This document shows, one piece after another, positions 14,066 through 27,737 of a DNA stretch of 64,000 nt. Position numbers and translations under genes: made by a program. Under the pieces are notes generated by a model, which had not been told where the DNA came from, did no database searches, and saw only the letters and a program-made list of their open reading frames with translations. The DNA lies in contig JBHGNT010000011.1 of NCBI GenBank assembly GCA_043228905.1, positions 20,460,001 through 20,524,000 of the forward strand, in the 5' to 3' direction. This stretch comes from Azolla caroliniana. Lineage: Eukaryota > Plantae > Polypodiophyta. Numbering within the stretch: the first letter of the stretch is position 1; each line of letters opens with the position of its first letter.

Positions 14066-14066
<1 letters not shown>
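1361..14066 (-). CDS. F-box/leucine-rich-repeat protein, Arabidopsis At3g58530-like; 12 exons, 339 aa
   Basis: Exons with GT-AG ends and consistent phases: 14066-13926, 11052-10993, 4737-4651, 4569-4457, 2636-2561, 2492-2422, 2298-2212, 2133-2061, 1949-1879, 1765-1697, 1608-1503, 1426-1361 (1020 nt in total). The translation reads MDHWSSVVAPQVF..LWK/VLDLRGTTRVGERLAAAIAL/PQFKLVEEINLEFAQG../..NLNACQGITD..FSIYWNLR/ITDNGVEALLKHCKELRVLNLSGCK../..TLDVNGCANIR/KRSKVDLLKLFPHLRCFHVHS*. This is collinear with the recalled At3g58530 sequence (INLEFAQG, FSIYWN, LDVNGC, FPxLxCFxVHS). Confidence 0.92.
5260..10254 (+). mobile_element. Decayed Ty1/Copia retrotransposon in intron 2 of the F-box gene, antisense to the host; same family as the intact element at 37078
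   Basis: Frameshifted ORFs carry gag (QLKWDGKDAQAHALI), integrase (WHAQFGH..CEGC, VHSDVC, LRTDREGEY, SKGY), RT (LDIKT, LYVDDLL) and RNase H (FTDSDWGG, TDSQSA, AEIFTK). PPT AGGGGGG at 9875-9881 is followed by a 3' LTR starting TGTTACAC at 9884 (right end approximate). No 5' LTR or PBS is visible. Confidence 0.93.
9918..10105 (+). repeat. Four tandem 47-bp repeats in the U3 region of the 3' LTR
   Basis: Unit GTGTGAACATACTTAGAATAGTATGAACCTAGTTAAGTAATTGTTGG, starting at 9918, 9965, 10012 and 10059. Confidence 0.9.
11066..11149. repeat. (CT)n/(TA)n compound microsatellite next to the F-box exon 2 acceptor
   Basis: About 27 CT units from 11066, followed by a TA run. Confidence 0.95.
11352..11570. 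repeat. Long near-perfect inverted repeat (hairpin) in F-box intron 1
   Basis: The left arm (11373-11450) pairs with the right arm (11470-~11547) around a 19-nt loop. Flanking (GA)n and (CT)n runs extend the stem. Confidence 0.92.
12349..12630 (+). mobile_element. Degenerate LINE ORF2 C-terminal fragment (CCHC-type zinc-finger tail)
   Basis: RLEIEARRPIFIPRAKRFCKLCEGAIKNEEHFACKH matches the LINE ORF2 tail pattern LxIExGR..PRxxRxCxxC...EDExHFxxxC. Confidence 0.7.
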
Positions 14067-14110
<44 letters not shown>

Positions 14111-14133
14111 CCGATGCTTTGTCTTTTTTAAGT

Positions 14134-14480
14134 GGGAAAATGGTTAGAATGCCCCTCCAATCTTTACATAATTCCCAAACTACCCTCGCTCACACATGTT
14201 TCTCAAAACACTTGAGATACCCCTCAAAATTCTAAACTTGCCAATTACAATTCCCTCTTCGGTTTCCCTCTCTTCTCTTTCCCCACTTCGTTTGCAATTT
14301 CTCAATAGAATCTCCAATTATCTCCCGGTATAATTTTGTGAGAGACTAGAGAAATTTGTAAGCATAGAGACAAACTATTTCTCTCTTGATTAGACACAAA
14401 TTGCAAATAATTTGGAAATATACAAGTGGTATCTTGAGAATTGCATAAAAGTATTCAAGGTATTTTTTGTTAAATTCCTC
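14134..14480. mobile_element. Possible degenerate MULE-like MITE just upstream of the F-box start codon
   Basis: Begins GGGAAAATGGTTAGAATGCCCCTC and shares TAGAATGCCCCTC and CAAACTACCC with the clear MITE at 62287. The right end is only weakly complementary and no TSD is seen. Confidence 0.4.
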
Positions 14481-17400
14481 TTCTTTTGGCCATTTAAATT
14501 AGTTTAGTTCTATAAGAACATCTCGATAGAATAATGCATGATCGTAGTATCAAAATATAACTTAATCGATTGAGTCTTGCAATGTATGGGCTCGTTAAAA
14601 ACAACACACAATAAGAAGAAGAAAAAGGTTTAATCTAGACGTGTTATGCATTTTATTTGCAAATTAGAATTGTCGTGATTTCTTTCAATTACATCCTTAT
14701 ATTTGGACATATTATGAGAGACCATCAATCTCTCACTCTAATGATGAAGAGGTATTTTTTCTTAATTCCCTAAAAGCAATAGAGGTTTTGGTGCACAACA
14801 ACCTCATTATTCATTTGATGAGATCATTACAATACCATGAAAAGCAAAATCCCCTCGTGGCAATTTGACCTTTGTTAACCAACAACCCTTTAAAACGGGA
14901 AAAAAACATACAGAAAATACATTAGATATCTTTCTTAGGTCCATGTCTAAACAAATAAATTCAATGTATATCCATTGATGCACTACAAACACACGAGCCA
15001 TGCAACATACAACATACAATTTTGAATCTACACTTATACCAAAGTTAGTGATATTATGTGTATCTCGTTACATGTGGTACTACGTGAATGACAAATAAGA
15101 TATCAAATATTATACTATTCAGTCATTTGCAAGGCCCCTACTCAAAACCGAAATGAGTTGGCATGGGGGTTCAAACATGTTCCAATTTGATATTATTTTT
15201 GCATCCACAAAGGGATTACCTCTCACCCCAAATATTACTCTTTAAGCTCAACTATATCAAATACCTCTCTCCATTCTCCTCTAACGTTACAAACTACGCA
15301 TGCTAGATGGATCTATCTTTATCATGATGCTAGAATTATAGTTATGTCACTTGTATGACTTAGATAAAAATAGGTAGCATAACCAACAATTGCGTACATT
15401 TCATGCAAATAAAATTAACTAGATGAATTGAATACGCAATTACTAAAGCATTAATGTGTGTTTGATGTAGGTATAAATCGGCAAAAGACATGCATTAATG
15501 TAGGTTGTAGCCTTTTCGAGGACTTCAAATGAAATATGCATGAGCAGTTGGTTGACATTAAAAATGTTGCACAACTTTTTCCATGCGGTTATGTGTCATT
15601 AAAAGCTACTCAATAACAATGAATGAAGAAATTCACAATAAAGACCGTAGAAACAATGGCTACGTAGCCCGTTACAAGCAATCTCAAAGTTGTACTTGTT
15701 ACTCGCATATCATTCAATAAAAAAATGTAGTGTTGATCTAACATCAACCTATGTGTATTTGCAAGTGTTTGTATGTTGTGTAAATTAGTGATGCTTAAGT
15801 TTAGAAGTGCTTCTCTCTCATAACAACACATCACTTAGGTTCTTTACTACCTTGATTTATGTTTTTATACTATTGTATTTTATATGTCATGGGAGGTATC
15901 ATTCGTTTCCTTTCATGACACGAAGGATAAGGTGAGTTTGTTGACCTGGAATCTTATCGTGACTCATACTTTCTATGGTAGCTTTCAAAAGTTGACTTGG
16001 AATCTTATCATGTAAAGGATCATGTGGTTAGTCATTTCCTTCGATGCGCCTCATTTCATGATATGTTATTGTAATGAATTTATGAAATGTCAGTAATTCA
16101 TTTTGAATTCTTTTTACGAGCATTCTCACAAGAAAAAAAACATTGCAAATTTTACCACGTAACATAGTCCACGATACAAGTGATACATGGTACAATTGTA
16201 TTTTCATTGGGATTTCATGTCATTGGTTGTACTCTCTCAACAACCCCCTAATTTTGCTATTCATATCCTTGCATGTATATGCGGTAGTTTGCGAACGAAT
16301 ATGCAACATTACATCCCATAATTAATTCACTAAACTTTATAATGTTTGTTTAAATATGTTGTTGCAAGTTGCAACATGTACAAAACGCACATTGCATTTC
16401 GTGCCTAATGTTGAAGATTTGACCTATTTTCAAAATTTAATTCCCCTCACCCATCTCTTCTCAATTCCCTTAAAACGCACAAAATAGTAGTTATACCAAA
16501 ATTCGACAGAAGGAATCCAAAAATCAATTAAGGCGTATCTACATTTATGGCCACCCTTTTTGCAATGAATCATGCAATCATTAACCCTTTATGTAGAAAT
16601 GGGTGTTGACCAATATTGCCTTTAATGCTAACATCCGACCATACAAAAACAACTTGGGCGTAGTTCATTAGGAGAGGCATATCAATTACAAAGGGCAATA
16701 TCGTTTCATGGCAAACTTAACGTAAAGGTTGTCGTGGATCAATTGTGGAACCAATGAACAAATTATAATAATGGAGAAGTTGGATTTGGGCATAACCCAA
16801 TTCAAATGAGTTGTCCTCCATACATGTGCCATCAACACATCCATTTGATACCACATTGGTTGTGATTTGAAAAGTTAGGGTAATCTTTATTATGGATAAA
16901 CTTTGAATCCCATGAATAAGTAATAAAAAAGTACAGTTTGAGTTGGGCATAACTGAATTCAAATGAGTCATCATCCATATATGTGCCATGAATGCATGAT
17001 GCATCCATTCGATGCCCTACTTGGTTGTCATTTGAAAAGTTTCGAATTCAATGCCTTCAATTGCTTAAATCTCTTAATTTCATACATGAAAGTGAGCCAA
17101 ACTACTTTAATGGTTCTTACATATTTCGTGATAATTTGAAGCATGACTAATATGACACACACCTTTATATGTGGGAAACACACTTATAGGAAGTGTACTA
17201 GATGGATCAAAACCTTGGCAAATGTTTTATTTATTGTACTTCCATGCTTTTCACTCGTGGCCACTTGATATGAATGCCCCACAAGAGCATTATTTGATCA
17301 TTTTAAAGCCTCACGCTTCTATTCTTTGAAAAACATCGTGAGGGATCTAAGTTCTGATAATTCATGACTGTCAACTTAAAAATCATTATGATGACTAGGA

Positions 17401-18065
17401 GAAATGAATGTGTCGTGACTCCTTCTTTACCACCTATATGGCTCTCCCACAACGAATGGTGAATGTGGTTCTCTTTGATCCCTCAAATGTTCGTTCTCGA
17501 TGAATGAAAAAACATTATTTAGGTAGAGCATAAACTTTGTTATGAATACCTAGTTACTTTAAATGTACACGTGTTAAGAGTCTATTACTAAACAATAGAC
17601 CAAAATAAAGTAAAAACAAGGTAAATAGATTTGATAGAAGAACGTGTTCCACCGGACCACCCCCAAGCTATAATCAAGACATAACCAATCTACCACCAAT
17701 GTCCCAACCACCGAATATTAGGATAACTAATACCTTGGAAGAGATTAACACGATCGTCGTGACTAAAGCCTAACCCCCATCACTTGTGTCTAAGACAACA
17801 ACCTTCCGACGTAATGTGCTTATGAGGGTAGCTAAGCCTCATATTTGTACCTCTTCCTAGGCCCCTTGAATAGACGTGCCTTTCTAAAAAGACTCTCCAT
17901 TTGTTTGTCGTCGAGATCATAGAATGTAATAAATGTGTTCGTGGAAGCATTCAAACGTTTGGAAACTTTTTTTGACCTCCGAATACGATAATATAATCTA
18001 TCTATCTATCTCCTCCTCCTCGTGAATCTTTTTCTTCTGCTACTGCTACTTCTTCCTATCAAAAC

Positions 18066-18669
18066 ATGATCAATAACGCTACTCATCCACCATATATTGG
18101 CGACCATGATCTCTCCAACCATTTTGTTGTGCTTCTTGATCCTCCTTCTTCCCAAGTGGTCTACGACTATGGCTATGCCGATCTTATTTACCACGATTCA
18201 ACCGCTAGTCCATGGATGCAATGCTCCATGACTTCTACTACATCTTAGCCTCCTCAGTATAATTCATGGAGAAGACAAAGAAGAAGCAGGCATAGATGAA
18301 TCAGGAGAGAAGTAATAGAGGAGGAGTGATGGGGAGCTCTGGGCAGTAGGTGTGGCTCATGATCGCAGAGAGGATGAGGGAGGAGATCCTTGCAACCAAG
18401 GACATACACAAAGCCAACATTAATCTCAAGAACACCATGATGATGAGCAAGAAGAGTAGGAGCTTGATCCACCATGTCGATGAGAATCAGATGAATCATA
18501 CTCATGGTGATTCTCATAATCCGATGAATCATAGTCATGGACCATGGTGATCCTCTTAATCACAATCGTCACAATGATGGCGGTGACCAGAACAACAAGA
18601 AGAAGTTGAGGAGGATGAAGAGAAGGTGAATGGTCCCGGGAATACTACCATAAAAGCTGAAGCATTAGC
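18066..18669 (+). pseudogene. Coding-like, stop-interrupted fragment of an unidentified low-complexity protein gene
   Basis: Codon-like stretch (..MEKTKKKQA*MNQERSNRGGVMGSSGQ*VWLMIAERMREEIL..NHTHGDSHNPMNHSHGPW) with TAG stops compatible with CAG->TAG decay. No family recognised. Confidence 0.35.
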
Positions 18670-20040
18670 TCATATAACACCTCACGCTCTCTCCCTCTTT
18701 CTCTCTCTTTCTAATGTTTAATACTTTAATAATTCTCGAGTATTTAAACTTGAGGACATGTGATTCAATCAATATGTTCTTATATATCCAATCCAACATT
18801 GAGATGATTTACCATACACGTTTGATTGAATCATTCTCAAATGCGAATGCACGCATGATACATATGATTCATTCTATGGTCAAGATCATGATAGTGCGTG
18901 CATCTATCATTCCTTCTATCCAAACACATTCATTAGTCCCTTTCTAACATTAGTGACCATACCATTCACTTATGTACATATTAGTGACCTACCCTCACCT
19001 ATGTTACGCGTACATAACAACACACTTGACACAACATATCCATGATATCAATTGGCTATTTGTAAAGGAAAATACGAGGGCCAAGACATGATCCATGTGT
19101 GCATGGGGTGCATGGATGCCCACATTATGGGTGAGCATCATTATTTTGTGCTATCTATCACCAAATATAACACATGCACAAGGCATGGTAGTCACGTGCA
19201 TGTGCTAATATAGCATATTATGCACAACAAGAACTATGTATGAGGCAACATGTGAGCATGGTAGTCTACTGTAATGAACGGGCATTACACCAACCAATCA
19301 AGAATGCATGTATGCAATGAAAGATTGTTATCAAGACGTAGGAGGCACAAAGATGTAACAATTCAAGATTGAGATGATAATTAAATTAGCTCTCTTGATG
19401 TTAAATCCTTCAATACTATAAAGCCCAAATATCGATCACTCTTAAACCATACGGTATTAAGAAACTCGACCACTTGTTCATAGCACACAAAGAACACACA
19501 TTGTAGGTACTATATCTCAATCTCAACTATTCATTGTCCAAAGCGTAACGGCCATCTTGTGTGAAAACGAGAGCAAATATCATAATCCCTTGCATGGCTC
19601 ATTGCATGTGAGGTAAAAAGACATGAAAATGATGTGTCGAGGGGGATGAAGGAGAGCATATGATTGGACCAAGATAAACCATCAAACACGAAACATCGGA
19701 CCGAGTTGGGCACAAGCAACAAACATGTGGAGGACTGGAGGGCGTGCATACGGATAGATAGAGTCCAGGCAAAACAGACATGGAGAGAGAGATGGATGGA
19801 TGGATTGGACGGAGGAAGCATGGAGAGAGAGATGAATGCAGACATGCAATCGTGTCGACAATGGCGGACGGGAGAGGTGGGTGGTCCAACAAATAAATGA
19901 AGGAAGTAGTGTATGAATCTAGCTACCCACTACTACTATGTACTAGAAGAAGAAGAAGAAGAAATAATAGAGAAATTGGAAAGGATATATATATATAAAG
20001 GGTGGAAGAGAAAAGGAGGTCCACATATCAAAAGACAGAG

Positions 20041-20086
<46 letters not shown>

Positions 20087-20811
20087 GGTGTGTGTATGTG
20101 TATGGATGGGGACCCATCATCATCATCAGCATCATCTGCTGGCATGCTCGCTCAATGCATGAAACAAAAACCTCTTTCTTCCTTTCTTCCGAAACAGAGG
20201 TCGGGGGTTTCTTTTCCTTCTGTGCCCCCCCCCCCCCCCCCCTTCTCTTGAGAGGGATCTGAAAAGCTAGGGTTGTTAGACAGAGCTGGACAGAAGAAAA
20301 CAGAGAAGAAGGGGAGAGAACCATATTGTGACCAACAATTGATCACCTTTGAGAGCCCTATTCTCGACCTCGGATCTGCATTCCAGATTTGATTTTCATT
20401 CGATTTGCCTCTCGGATACATGAATCGCCGAAATCTGATATTTTCTCGATAGGGTACTTCGCAGAATTTTTTGCCTGTTTTTCGTATTTTGCCTCCCCTT
20501 TTCAGAAAAAGAATTCAGCCAAAATTTGGTACATGTTTCTACATGTTTGTCTACGAAATTCTCGAAAAAATCTGTTTGTTTGGTACTTCTAGGAAGCAAA
20601 GTTTTCCATCTATTTCCTGAATTATCAGTTGTATTTCTCAAGTTGATGTCTTCAAAATGCAATTGGATGAAGATCTAGCTGATTGTGGGCACTTGCATTT
20701 TGTTTTGTCTACACAGCTCTGAACAGGATATCCCTATATGTCCATACGTATACACATACTTATATAATTAGTATATTATATAATATATATACATAAATAT
20801 ATATAAATAAT

Positions 20812-23800
20812 ATGCCAGGTCCTGTGCCTCTGAGGGCATTGCCGGTGGTTCGGCAAGGAAGAATTCCCTCATTAGATGATGAGAAAGTAACCTTATCAAT
20901 GAACTTAGCATCGGCGTCATCATCTTCATCATCAACAACATCATCATCTCAACCTTCTGCTACTTCAATTGAAAAGCGATCAAATCAAGAGGTGGGCAGA
21001 TTAGTGCGAGAAGCCATGTCTGTGGGCATCCAATCACATGCAGCTGCATCGTCATCGACCCATTTCTCCACCATAGATTTCGAGAAAGTCATCCCTACAA
21101 GTTCGGGCCGAGCACCTACCTCTCTAGTTGGCAAAAAAGGAAAATTGAATGAGAAACAATCAACAACAAGAGAATGGTCTAATAGTTCAAATGGATATGC
21201 AAAGGGTCGGGATAGAGATCGAGATACAATATTATGTGTAGAAATTGTCGGCTCAGGGTCCACATGGGAATATTCCACTAAACAACAATCGGGGAAAAAC
21301 GTTTTCCATGTCACACATGCAAAGAATTCAAGTCACAACCCATTCAATGTAATGCCCGAGTACTAATTTTGCAAAAAGAAAATCTTCACTTTCTATTTAT
21401 TTAATGTTTAGAATTTGATGAGGTTTTAAATGGGGCAAATCACACACTCTCTCTATGCAATCCTTGTTTTCAGGGCTTGATGGACTTCTTGAGGTCTTGT
21501 GTTGTCCCTGATGGCTATCCAGAGAGTGTTTCTCCATCATATGGCCCATATATGAAATGGAGAGCAATTAAGGTATTACAAATTCTCTTTGTTTTCTAGT
21601 ATGCATTATATTTACTGTGTTCTAGTTCTTTTTAGCATATTCATTTTTCATTGCTTTCTAATCTGCATTATATTTACCATGTTCTAGCTCTCTCTACTAT
21701 AACGAACAGGCTAAAACATGATTCAATATGTGAAATTACAGTACCTTTTCGGAGGAGCAATGAGTGTCTTTACAACGAGGTCATTGCTGCAAGCGGTGGG
21801 TGTCTCAGGACATGGGGCTGCGCCCACAGCCATGGCTGTGAATTGGGTCATAAAGGTTAGTGATAATAAGAAAGAATTGGAATGAATAAGCACTTCTATA
21901 GTAGTTTGAACCATCAAGAGCCTTGGTAATAAGGATGAAACAAACCCAGTTTCATGTGATAAGCACTTTGTTTGGAAAATTAATTTCAGGCTGTATGAAT
22001 CAACATTTAAACCATTGGCTAGCTTCGTGTTTTCAGGATGGTGCTGGCCGAGTGGGCAAACTCCTGTTTGCACGCCATGGAAAGAAGTTTGATTACGATA
22101 TGAAGCAGGTTTGAACTTTGGACAAATCAATCCTTTTTAGACATTGAAATAGATGAGGTAGTACATTTCAGGGTAAATGAAAGGCAGGCGATTTTATGTT
22201 TAAGGAAAAGGATGGGGATGCATGTTAAGAGGAAGGAGTTTTTATATAAAAGGAATGCAATTTGGGACTTTGTATTGAGAGGATGGGAGGGTCTCATTGT
22301 AAAAATACAGAGATATGCAAAAAAATGGATTTGGGTATTTAATGTTCATCAAAATTGGCATTTGATGCGTGGAAAAACTCTGATGATCTCTCCTGATGGC
22401 TTGACAGCTGCGGTTCACAGGTGACCTCCTTATGGAGCTTGGTGCAGCTGTAGAGCTTGCTACTGCATTGGCCCCTCATCTCTTCCTTCCATTAGCATGT
22501 GCTGCAAATGTTGCTAAGGTTGGATTTCTTTTGCATTGAGGTGATATCTTATTCACACACAAGTATATTTAAAATAAAGATAGTTATCAAACAAAGGTCT
22601 AAAGATAGGCCCAATAGTTATATAGCATGGATACCTATGGTCTCACTACTAGTCGCCTCTGATTGAACTGGGTAAACCTAGTGTATGTTCTTCTCCTTTT
22701 CAAGTATTCTCAATAGAAAAGCTAATGAAGGCTAGAGATAGGCCAATTAGGCACATGGTGTGTATCTATGATCTGGGCTGTTGTTTTCTATCCAAGTTTT
22801 GTGATTGTGCTTCAAATAGTGGGCAAAATCATGAGAAAATACAGAAATGTAAAAGGAATTTAGTTATATATATACAAAATATAAATTTTTGTTCTTATGT
22901 TACCAGCCGGCAGGACAGTTGAAAATAATGACTGGCACAGGGTCTGAACATTGTGATGACCAATAGATATGTGTAAAGGACTAGCTTTTATCGACCCCTA
23001 TTTAATAATGTAGTTATGATGTGTTCGCATAATCATGTATTCTAATAGATTATGTTGTGATGAAGAGTGTTTTTTTTCATGGTCAGAATGTAGCAGCTGT
23101 GTCATCAACATCAACACGGGCACCCATATACAAGTCTTTTGCTCGAGGAGAGAATATTGGAGATGTAACAGCAAAGGGGGAGTGCATTAGCAATATTGCA
23201 GACTTGGTAAAAAGGGCTTAAGAAAAACACGATTGAAAACTTTTTAGTTCTTGAGGAAAACCTAAAAATACGCTTAAGAAAAAAAATTTGACTTTCAATT
23301 GTTTGCCTTCCATTTTCTAATGTTTTTATATCATTCAAACAGTTGGGAGCAGGACTTGGTATATTTATTTCAAAAAGAAATCCCTCTCTGATGGCTACAT
23401 TCGCGGTGCTTTCATGTGGTTATCTTTACTGTTCTTATCAAGAGGTGACAGCCATGGTCTCTTGTATAATATTCAATGCATTTATTGCTGAACTTTCCTG
23501 ATACCATGTGATTTCACAGATTAAATCAGTATGCCTCCCGACATTAAATAGGGCAAGGTTCAAAGCAGCAGTACAATCTTTTCTCATAACAGGTAAATTA
23601 CAATGACATGTAATATCCTTAATTTTTACTTTCATAAACATCAATCTTGACACAACCTGAGTATTGCATAATAATGTATCAGACATTACCTTTTGCATGA
23701 AAATGATGGCACCTTAATTTAACATATTTTGAAGTTGTTACCTGTTATTTATACAGGGAAAGTACCATCTGTGTTGGAAGGGAATAGTAAAGAAAACATC

Positions 23801-26292
23801 TTCACATTTCCTTGGGTTAGAGAGAAACCCTTTGCACTTGGTAGGCCTTCTATCGTGTTTTCTCTTGATAGATGGAAAGCTTAGTGTATACTTACACATA
23901 TTTGCGTTTAAACCTATTTGGAGTTTTTGGTCAAAACAGAGTAGAAATTGTCTATGTGAAGTTGGGATTTGATTTGTTCTTAATAGGGTTATGCTAAGAA
24001 CTGTGATTTCACTAGAATTTAGAGCCATACCCCAATACATTCTAGTAAAATTTATGCTAGATATAGAAGATTTATTCTCTCGGAAGGTATTAAGCTTCTT
24101 AAAAAACTTGCATTCTTTATAAAAGAGTATAAATGATTTGAAGTGCATCTAACCAATCAAAACTGCCTTCTTTTGGGTAAAAAGTTCTCTCTTTTAGTCC
24201 GTTCTTTTGATATCCTAATTTAATTGGTTTGCAAGTCTAATATTTTAACCATGTTTAGCATTTTAATTTTAATTTTTACCACATTTAATTAATATTTTTG
24301 TTTAAGGTTTAGGATTTAGGAGGGATTAACAAAATAAGAGCACTAAAATAACCTAGAAAGTCATTGAAAACATATTCCATGTTCAGCATTTGTTAATCTA
24401 TAGGGAAATGGGATGTCAGACTTATTATATATTATTGATATAAGCAATATCAAGATAAAATACAATTCTCTTGGGGAGATGTACAATTACATCAATAAGC
24501 AACCCCTGATTCAAACAGTCCATAGCGTCTTCCCACTCATAAATAGCAATTTTCCAACACATGAATTTTCAACTTCAGTGTTTTTCTGCATATTCAGAAG
24601 CTAAGTGAAGAGCATAAGAGTTCATTAAACAAATGTTTTGGTCATTAAATAACTCAGATTCTTTGTTTTTTTGATTGCTAGGTGCTCGAGTTAACGAAGC
24701 ATTCAAAAACCCAAGTAATTTTCTTGAACTTCTACCATCATTCCAGGTGAAATACAATCAACATAATGTTTTTTTTTGTCATTGTCACATTTATACCTTC
24801 TTCTAAACAATAAATTTGCATGTATTTTTCAGAAAGAGAAGTATGTGGTAACCTACAATCCCGAAAAATACCAAGCATTTGCATTGTTGAAAGTAGGGGC
24901 TACCTCAGATGATGTGCTTCGAGCATGTTTTCATGTGAGTAGTATAGAGAGAGCTAAAACATATTTAAACTTAACTAACCGAATGTTTAACCTGGTTAAT
25001 TTGGACAATTAAACCAGATGGAGAGGAATGATCATTGACTATTTCCAAACTGTAGCCATCCCATGTTAAGCATAAAGAGTAGTTAAATGTGACTTGACAT
25101 AATTTCACCTAATTTTTAACATAATTAATTGATAAAAAACATGTAGAGGACTAGATGATTGTCACACTTATATCCCACCCATAGCCAAGCAATAGGTAAA
25201 TAGGCCTAGTTATATCTGCAATATAATCTCTAGAATAATATAGTTATATAACTTATGCTTATGCTCTTAACCTAATTGGTGGTACCATGCCATTCGTATA
25301 TAATTCAACCCCCTAGGGCTATCATATCTAGAACATAGCCATTTAGAATTGTCCAACCAAATGCCATCCGATAACTACTATGCCTATTCTAACCTTAAGT
25401 TACCCGTAAACAATATAACATAGTTATGTGCATACAGTTTTGGCTCCTTTTTCTCATCTTATATCACATAAAAATGTACAGGCACAACTTCTAGAAAACA
25501 TGTTTCACAACCCATCAGTTGACCGGGATTACTACTGGAACTTAGCTTCTTTTGTAAATACATCTGAGATGGGTGTTGATGCGGTTGTTAAAGGAAGCTG
25601 TGAGCGTGTTCCTCACCTCTTTGAATCATTCAAGCATCAAGCAATTTCTGAGGTTTGTGCCTTTCAAAACTGTTTTAATTTATGTAACCTTTCACTCTCT
25701 CTTTTTATATATACAAATATGTATGTACGTATGCATGCATGTGTGTATATTTAGATATATGAATATATTTGTATTCTTGTATATAAATGATGCATATATT
25801 TATGTCTATTATCTTTATTGATATGTATGTTCATACATATATTATATATGCATCTGTATGCATGTGTGCATATGTATACCTACATAAATATGGTTATTTG
25901 TGTTTGCAATACCTATATGTATGTATATGGCCATATCTATATACACACCCCGAGATATATACACATACATTGATATATGTACATTATAGAATATGTGCTG
26001 CATACGATTACAAATCTACATATACATGTAGGCAACCCACTGGTATATATAGATATATGTACATTGTAGAATATGTGCTGCACACGATTCACATACGTCT
26101 TCTTTCTCCTCTCTCCCTCTTTCTCTATATATATGTCTTAATTTTTTTTACTAGATTCCACAATTCATGTAGAAAACCATTTTATTTTTTAATGTGTACT
26201 TCTCTCCCCTTGCAAATGAACAGGGTTGGGTCATGGGCGAATCACTATTGAATCCTGGCATTGCAAGGCTAAGTTGTATGAAAGAAGGCTGA
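20812..26292 (+). CDS. RUS6: ROOT UV-B SENSITIVE 6 (DUF647) protein; 13 exons, about 572 aa
   Basis: Exons 20812-21348, 21474-21572, 21742-21855, 22037-22108, 22408-22518, 23087-23206, 23343-23444, 23520-23592, 23757-23840, 24682-24746, 24833-24934, 25482-25652, 26224-26292 (1719 nt, all GT-AG). Motifs DGAGRVGKLLFARHGKKFDYDMKQ, LRFTGDLLMELGAAVELATA, GENIGDVTAKGE, ISKRNPSL and GWVMGESLLNPG match recalled Arabidopsis RUS6. The start codon is less certain than the rest. Confidence 0.93.
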
Positions 26293-26945
26293 AACTGTGT
26301 CATGTGCGCGATAATATACTATGGGAAAGAAATGTGCTCGAGGATAAACAATGATATGACATGCTATAATATCGATCAAACTTCAAAAGACATACCATAC
26401 AGAAGCAGTCTCTAGACCATGGTAACATGTGAGTTAATTCCCGCTATAGATGGTTTTATTTAACATGATCGAGAGTTCTTTATGATACACATATCATATA
26501 ATGTTCAGAAGCATGATTCATTATTCGTTGTTGGGGTTTCTACTTCCAATTTACCTGAGCTTTGAATCATTTTTTCACCGGAAGATGCAGGATTTTTTGA
26601 ACAAGTAATATGATAATATGCTTAATATCATAGTGCTTCACACATCTATAGTTCTCGCTGATTGTTTTGGCGAGAAATCATATCTATATTGAGATTCTCT
26701 ATCAAAGATGATATATACATATTTACATATGAATCATTCAGCAATTTTGCATTTTTCCTCTTACAGATAAATGTTGAAGCACAAAGATCTTAGAAACCAT
26801 GTAAACAATGAGGGTATCAATGAAGAACATTTCAAGTTAATGTTGCAGTGTCCAACGTGTTTCTTATCCTGCGTTTTTGTTTCCTGTTAGTCCCATTCAC
26901 CTGAACTTGTCTGCTATGTTTTTCTTTTATGGAAAGTTTACATTG

Positions 26946-27225
26946 AAATATATGCAATATCACTTCCATAATCACTCCACTCACTTCCATTATCACTATA
27001 TTTTCACTCGTATCGTGGCTAGCCACTTTGTTAAATTTTAATGACTCCAATATTTGATTTCTAATCAATCATCATTGATCGATTAAAATATATGCAATCA
27101 CTTCCATAATCGCTCCAGTCCTGCCACTAAGCACACTACTTTTTCACTCATTTCATGGCTAACCACTTTGTTAAATTTGAATGATTCGAATATGTGATTT
27201 CTTATATCAATCATCATTGCTTGAT
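26946..27225. repeat. Diverged tandem duplication (about 140 bp x2)
   Basis: AAATATATGCAAT..CACTTCCATAATC..GGCTA.CCACTTTGTTAAATTT..ATCAATCATCATTG occurs twice. Confidence 0.8.
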
Positions 27226-27737
27226 TGGTCAAATAATGCTTCTAAATGCATATATACATCTTAATTAATCAATGGATATAAAGATCATCATCATCACCAT
27301 AATTTGAACATAATTTAATCTCACCATTAATAATTTATTATCTCAATACCAATCTGCTCTCCCCTCATACATTTGTAAGTGACGTATGTTTTCTTAACAT
27401 CTAATTGTTTTAGACTTTTTTTTGGAAATGCTTGTACTTATTTTATGCATTGTAGTATATCAAATTTATTTGAGTTACAAGCAAATGATTGCAATAATTT
27501 TTTGAGTCTTCCTGAAATTAATGAATTATTAAATCATTTTCCGACATGAATATGTTCTCAAACACGAATGGTTGGTTCTATGCAAACCTTAGAACTGTGC
27601 CTTTTTAACCACCCTACCTTTGAGAAGGAGGTCAACCAAGTGTTATTTCCAGTAAAAACATGTAGCTCAGATAAAATTGATGCCCCTAACCGTGTGAAGC
27701 ACTATTTATGCATCTTATGAGTGATTCAACCCACCCA

